Positions 27,162 through 31,290 of a stretch of 31,290 bases of DNA are shown here, one piece after another (position 1 is the stretch's first letter; every line of letters begins with the position of its first letter). Below the pieces are notes generated by a model that was not told the DNA's origin, did no database searches, and worked only from the letters and a program-made list of their open reading frames with translations. Position numbers and translations under genes: made by a program. The DNA is from an uncultured Fibrobacterales bacterium (GTDB taxonomy: Bacteria; Fibrobacterota; Fibrobacteria; Fibrobacterales; CAWVXU01). Location of the stretch: NCBI GenBank assembly GCA_963934255.1, contig CAWVXU010000024.1, positions 1-31,290 on the forward strand, read 5' to 3'.

Positions 27162-27814
27162 TATTGAGCTCCAGTTTTAGATGGTTTACGACGAATAACT
27201 TCACCGTTCATGATCCAAACTTTAACACCGATAATTCCATAAACGGTTTTTGCTTCAGCAGTTGCATAGTCAATGTCGGCACGAAGAGTATGTAAAGGTA
27301 CGCGACCTTCATGATACTTTTCATCACGAGCAATCTCTGCTCCACCAAGACGACCTGAACATTTAACTTTGATACCTTCAACACCAAGACGCATAGCTGA
27401 AGAAATAGATTTCTTCATTGCACGACGAAATGCAATACGTTTCTCAAGTTGACGACAAATGTTCTCAGCAACTAACTTAGCATTAGTTTCTGGACGTTTA
27501 ATTTCACGAATGTTAATATAAACAGTTTTACCTGTAAGATACTGTAGTTCACCTTTAAGGCGCTCGACTTCTTCACCACGTTTACCAATAACGATACCTG
27601 GACGAGCAGTAAAAATATTCACGATCACTCGTTTTGCAGTACGTTCGATGCCTACTTTAGCAACAGACGCATGCTCAAAACGTTTGAACAAGTAACGACG
27701 CAATACGATATCTTCGTAAAGGAAGTCAGCGAATTTTTCTTCCGCGTACCAGTTTGAGTTCCAAGTCTTGGTAATACCAAGGCGAAGTCCAGTTGGATTT
27801 GCTTTTTGTCCCAT
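27161..27814 (-). CDS. rpsC: 30S ribosomal protein S3
   Basis: MGQKANP, '[11 protein letters not shown]', '[10 protein letters not shown]', '[14 protein letters not shown]'. Confidence 0.99.
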   Translation of the reverse strand: MGQKANPTGLRLGITKTWNSNWYAEEKFADFLYEDIVLRRYLFKRFEHASVAKVGIERTAKRVIVNIFTARPGIVIGKRGEEVERLKGELQYLTGKTVYINIREIKRPETNAKLVAENICRQLEKRIAFRRAMKKSISSAMRLGVEGIKVKCSGRLGGAEIARDEKYHEGRVPLHTLRADIDYATAEAKTVYGIIGVKVWIMNGEVIRRKPSKTGAQ

Positions 27815-27823
27815 ACTTTTCCT

Positions 27824-28168
27824 CTAGTCCCCAACCACTACTGTAACGTGGCTTAAGTTTTTGTGAATGCGGAATGCACGACCCTGAGCACGAGCGCGTA
27901 TGCGTTTCATGAGAGGCCCTTTATCCACAGTGATAGTTTTAACTTTAACGATTTCAAGATCAGCAGATGCACCCTCATCAGAGTTTTGCAAGTTTGCAAC
28001 TGCAGATTTCAACACACCTTCGACGATCTCTGCACCCTTTTTAGTATTTTTCATAATACTAAGGATAGCAAGAGACTCTTCAACACTACGACCACGTACA
28101 ATGTCAGCTACCTGACGAAGACGCATTGCAGAGTGACGAATAGATTTTGCTTTAGCGATTGACTGCAT
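27824..28168 (-). CDS. rplV: 50S ribosomal protein L22
   Basis: 'KSAVAN', 'VDKGP..KR..ARAQGRA', 'SHVTVVV'. Confidence 0.98.
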   Translation of the reverse strand: MQSIAKAKSIRHSAMRLRQVADIVRGRSVEESLAILSIMKNTKKGAEIVEGVLKSAVANLQNSDEGASADLEIVKVKTITVDKGPLMKRIRARAQGRAFRIHKNLSHVTVVVGD

Positions 28169-28170
28169 GC

Positions 28171-28443
28171 TTATCTACCTTTCTCAGATTTTTTGTGCCC
28201 ACGGAAAGTACGAGTTGGTGAAAACTCACCAAATTTGTGACCTACCATGTTTTCTTGAACGTAAACAGGAATGAACTGTTTACCATTGTATACTGAAAAT
28301 GTCAAGCCGACAAAGTCTGGAACGATTGTCGAACGACGCGACCAGGTCTTAATAGCTTGTTTCTTTTCTTGCTCATTCATTGCGGTTGCTTTATTCAGCA
28401 AATGACCATCAACGAATGCGCCTTTTTTAGTAGAACGTGCCAT
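28171..28443 (-). CDS. rpsS: 30S ribosomal protein S19
   Basis: 'KTWSRRSTI', '[13 protein letters not shown]'. Confidence 0.99.
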   Translation of the reverse strand: MARSTKKGAFVDGHLLNKATAMNEQEKKQAIKTWSRRSTIVPDFVGLTFSVYNGKQFIPVYVQENMVGHKFGEFSPTRTFRGHKKSEKGR

Positions 28444-29283
28444 CTATTTCTTCCTATTCTTTGGTCGACGCTTAATGATCATTTTGTCAGTGCGTTTGTT
28501 TTTACGAGTTTTTCCGCCTTTAGCAAGAACACCCCAAGGAGACACAGGATGTCCACCACCAGATGTTTTACCTTCACCACCACCATGAGGGTGATCGACA
28601 GGGTTCATAGCAACACCACGAACCTTAGGACGTTTACCCTGCCAACGTGAACGACCGGCTGAGCCAGATACTTCGTTCATGTGATCTAGGTTGCCCACTT
28701 GACCAACAGTTGCAAAACACTCTTTTTGTACTAGACGAACTTCACCAGAAGGAAGCTTGATTTGATACCAATCACCTTGTTTGTTGATAAGCTCTACAAA
28801 AGTTCCAGCTGAACGTGCAATCTGTGCACCTTTACCAGGCTTAAGCTCTAAATTATGAAGAACTGCGCCTACTGGAATTTTTTCTAGTGGAAGTGTGTTA
28901 CCAACAACATACTCAGCGTTAATTCCATTTTGAACAACTTGGCCAACTTGTAGTCCTTTAGCAGCAAGGACATAAGCACGACGACCATCTTGATATTTCA
29001 AAAGAGCAATGTGAGCTGTGCGGTTAGGATCATATTCAATTGATTCAACAACAGCAGTCACAGCAGTGATTGAGCGTTTCCAATCGATGATACGATATAA
29101 ACGTTTGTGACCACCACCGCGACGACGCATTGTAATGCGACCCGAGTTGTTACGTCCAGCATGTTTGCTAATGCCCTCAGTAAGCGCTTTAAATGGCTGA
29201 TTACCTGTTGTTACTTCTTCGTTATCATTGATTTGTTTGAAACGAAGTACAGGTGTTATAGGTCTGAATTTTTTGATACCCAT
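28444..29283 (-). CDS. rplB: 50S ribosomal protein L2
   Basis: 'GRNNSGRIT', 'EYDPNRTA', 'VAMNPVDHPHGGGEG'. Confidence 0.99.
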   Translation of the reverse strand: MGIKKFRPITPVLRFKQINDNEEVTTGNQPFKALTEGISKHAGRNNSGRITMRRRGGGHKRLYRIIDWKRSITAVTAVVESIEYDPNRTAHIALLKYQDGRRAYVLAAKGLQVGQVVQNGINAEYVVGNTLPLEKIPVGAVLHNLELKPGKGAQIARSAGTFVELINKQGDWYQIKLPSGEVRLVQKECFATVGQVGNLDHMNEVSGSAGRSRWQGKRPKVRGVAMNPVDHPHGGGEGKTSGGGHPVSPWGVLAKGGKTRKNKRTDKMIIKRRPKNRKK

Positions 29284-29285
29284 TA

Positions 29286-29588
29286 TTAAGCTCCTTCAAA
29301 TTCGGCGATTTTATCACCTGGAACGAGTTTAACATAAGCTTTTTTCCAATTAGCAGTTTTGCCAATCTGAGAACGAACGCGCTTCATTTTTCCGCGAACA
29401 ATTGAAGTATTAACTTCAAGTACTTTCACGCCAAAACGCTCTTCGACAGCTTTTTTGATTTCAATCTTATTTGAGTTACGATTGACTACGAACCCATATT
29501 TCATTGAACCACTCTCATCACCCATTAAAAAACTAGCAGTTTTTTCGGTAAGAAGTGGGGCAACGATTATCTCATGCAAGCTTTTCAT
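29286..29588 (-). CDS. rplW: 50S ribosomal protein L23
   Basis: 'PLLTEK', 'NKIEIKKAVE..FGVKV..VNT', 'WKKAYV'. Confidence 0.98.
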   Translation of the reverse strand: MKSLHEIIVAPLLTEKTASFLMGDESGSMKYGFVVNRNSNKIEIKKAVEERFGVKVLEVNTSIVRGKMKRVRSQIGKTANWKKAYVKLVPGDKIAEFEGA

Positions 29589-30211
29589 TACGCCTCTCCA
29601 GTTAATTGGTTCAATGATGATTGTGAGAAGACAACATTGCTAGCACGAAGTAGAGCGTAAGTATTTACGTCTTGAACGCGCATCACAGTAGCCCATGGAA
29701 GGTTAGATGCAGATGCAAGTGCGTTAACATCAGATTCATGTACCAAGTACAAGTTCTTTTGCGCAGCGATCTGAGCTTTTTCCATAATGCCTTTGAATGC
29801 AGCAGTCTTTGGAGCGTCGTAAGAAAGGGTCTCAAATACGTGAACTGAGCTTTCTTGTGCTTTAAGAGTTAATGCAGACAATAATGCCTTCTGTTTAACT
29901 TTTTTATTCACCTTCTGAGTATATGAACGAGGTTTTGGACCATGAGCCTTACCACCGCGAACCCAGATAGGAGATTTGTTTGAACCAGCACGCGCACGTC
30001 CTGTTCCTTTTTGTTTCCAAGGCTTTGCACCAGATCCAGATACTTCAGAGCGAGACTTCGCTTTTGAAGTGCCTTGACGCTGATTTGCCAAGTATGCTTT
30101 TACAGTCAAGTAAACGCAGCCATTGCTAACTTCTGCATCGAAATAAGCTTCTGAAAGATCTAAATCTTCCTTATAGCTACCGTCGGCTGTGTACAATTTT
30201 GCTTTTGCCAT
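29588..30211 (-). CDS. rplD: 50S ribosomal protein L4
   Basis: 'RQGT..KSRSEVSG..KPWKQKGTGRARAGS', 'HGPKPR'. Confidence 0.99.
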   Translation of the reverse strand: MAKAKLYTADGSYKEDLDLSEAYFDAEVSNGCVYLTVKAYLANQRQGTSKAKSRSEVSGSGAKPWKQKGTGRARAGSNKSPIWVRGGKAHGPKPRSYTQKVNKKVKQKALLSALTLKAQESSVHVFETLSYDAPKTAAFKGIMEKAQIAAQKNLYLVHESDVNALASASNLPWATVMRVQDVNTYALLRASNVVFSQSSLNQLTGEA

Positions 30212-30222
30212 TGTATAATCCC

Positions 30223-30837
30223 TTACTTCGATACCTTGATTAAGCTGTTCTTAGCTCCAGGGACCGCACCTCTAACAAATAGAAGGTTGCTTTCCGAGTC
30301 AACTTTGACCAACTTCAAGTTTTTTACAGTTTTCTGTTTATTACCGTATTGACCAGGCATTTTTTTACCAGGAAAAACACGACCGGGGTATGAACAAGCA
30401 CCAATTGAACCTGGTGCACGTTTGTTACCAGTACCATGTGAACGTGGACCCGAAGAGAATCCATAACGCTTAATAGTACCAGCAAACCCGTGTCCTTTTG
30501 AGAATCCAGAAACGGTTACTGATTTAACGCCTTCAAAAATGTCTGCGCCAAATGCTTTACCAATTTCCCACTCTTCTATATTTTCAGCAGTAAATTCAGC
30601 TAGGTGTCTTTTAGCCGATACTTCAGCTTTTTCAAGGTGACCTAGCTCTGCTTTTGACAAACGAGAGGCTTTTTGTTCTTCAAAACCGATTTGAAGAGCA
30701 GCATAGCCGTCCTTCTCAACAGTCTTTACTTGTGTAACTTGACAAGGACCAGCTTGTAGCACAGTTACAGGAACGACTTCTCCGTTTTCAAGGAAGATTT
30801 GAGTCATTCCAAGTTTCTTTGCAAGAATTCCGTTCAT
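30223..30837 (-). CDS. rplC: 50S ribosomal protein L3
   Basis: 'KKLGMTQIF', 'SKGHGFAG', 'PGRVFPGKKMPG', 'GAVPG'. Confidence 0.99.
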   Translation of the reverse strand: MNGILAKKLGMTQIFLENGEVVPVTVLQAGPCQVTQVKTVEKDGYAALQIGFEEQKASRLSKAELGHLEKAEVSAKRHLAEFTAENIEEWEIGKAFGADIFEGVKSVTVSGFSKGHGFAGTIKRYGFSSGPRSHGTGNKRAPGSIGACSYPGRVFPGKKMPGQYGNKQKTVKNLKLVKVDSESNLLFVRGAVPGAKNSLIKVSK

Positions 30838-30839
30838 TG

Positions 30840-31148
30840 TTATACCTTAATTTCCACTTCTACGCCAGCAGGAAGGTCAAGTTTCATCAAAGAGTCTACA
30901 GTTTGAGGTGTAGCATCAAGGATGTCAATCAATCTTTTGTGTGTACGTGTTTCAAACTGCTCACGAGCAGTTTTGTTCACATGCGGGGAGCGCAAAACAG
31001 TGTATTTTTGAATTTTTGTTGGTAAAGGAATTGGGCCAGCAATACGGGCATCCGTATTGCGTGCTGTATTCACGATATCAACTGCAGCCTTATCAATCAT
31101 ATTATGATCGAAAGATTTGAGTCGAATTCTAATTCTTTCTCCAGCCAT
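30840..31148 (-). CDS. rpsJ: 30S ribosomal protein S10
   Basis: '[10 protein letters not shown]', 'GPIPLPT', 'RSPHVNK..REQFE'. Confidence 0.99.
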   Translation of the reverse strand: MAGERIRIRLKSFDHNMIDKAAVDIVNTARNTDARIAGPIPLPTKIQKYTVLRSPHVNKTAREQFETRTHKRLIDILDATPQTVDSLMKLDLPAGVEVEIKV

Positions 31149-31162
31149 TATTATTACCTATT

Positions 31163-31290
31163 TTATTCTACGATTTCTGTAACAACACCTGCACCAACAG
31201 TACGTCCGCCTTCGCGGATCGCAAAGCGCAAGTCTTTGTCCATTGCAACTTCAGTGATCAACTCAGCAGTGATGCTTACGTTGTCACCAG
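31163..31290 (-). CDS. tuf: Elongation factor Tu, 3' end (partial), not in the ORF track
   Basis: Manual translation ...[41 protein letters not shown]. Confidence 0.98.
   Translation of the reverse strand, partial: GDNVSITAELITEVAMDKDLRFAIREGGRTVGAGVVTEIVE

Noticed and set aside
18718..31025. Many plus-strand ORFs of 60-193 aa across the ribosomal cluster (e.g. 19464-19934, 25706-26287)
   Set aside because: Antisense shadows of conserved, codon-biased genes with no recognisable motifs.
1..31290. CRISPR arrays, tRNA/rRNA genes, prophage or defence genes
   Set aside because: No regularly spaced repeats, cloverleaf or rRNA motifs, or such ORFs were seen by eye. A covariance-model scan was not possible.

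Overview
Mostly core chromosome of a low-GC diderm bacterium. The rpoA N-terminus (MKWKALQMP), the extended S11 and the BatA insertion recall Fibrobacterota, but this is from memory and not a database result. Layout: (1) 1-9295, minus strand, a tightly coupled MoxR/DUF58/vWA 'Bat' operon with two lipoproteins at the batC position and a small HTH-like gene at its end. (2) 9521-14225, plus strand, recR-engB-mlaE-mlaF-mlaD-TPR, probably starting from a leaderless transcript. (3) uvrC on the minus strand. (4) A roughly 2 kb accessory pocket holding a decayed IS3-family (IS2-like) element missed by the ORF track and an orphan lipoprotein. (5) 18474-31290, minus strand, a continuous tuf-S10-spc-alpha ribosomal superoperon lacking adk, map and rpsD. 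rpmJ, rpmD, the tuf 3' end and the gene at 1-254 were read manually. No rRNA, tRNA, CRISPR array or defence system was seen. Nothing here proves a new system. The best leads are the remodelled Bat operon with its possible HTH/inverted-repeat regulation, the structured rpsK-rpoA spacer and the IS relic.
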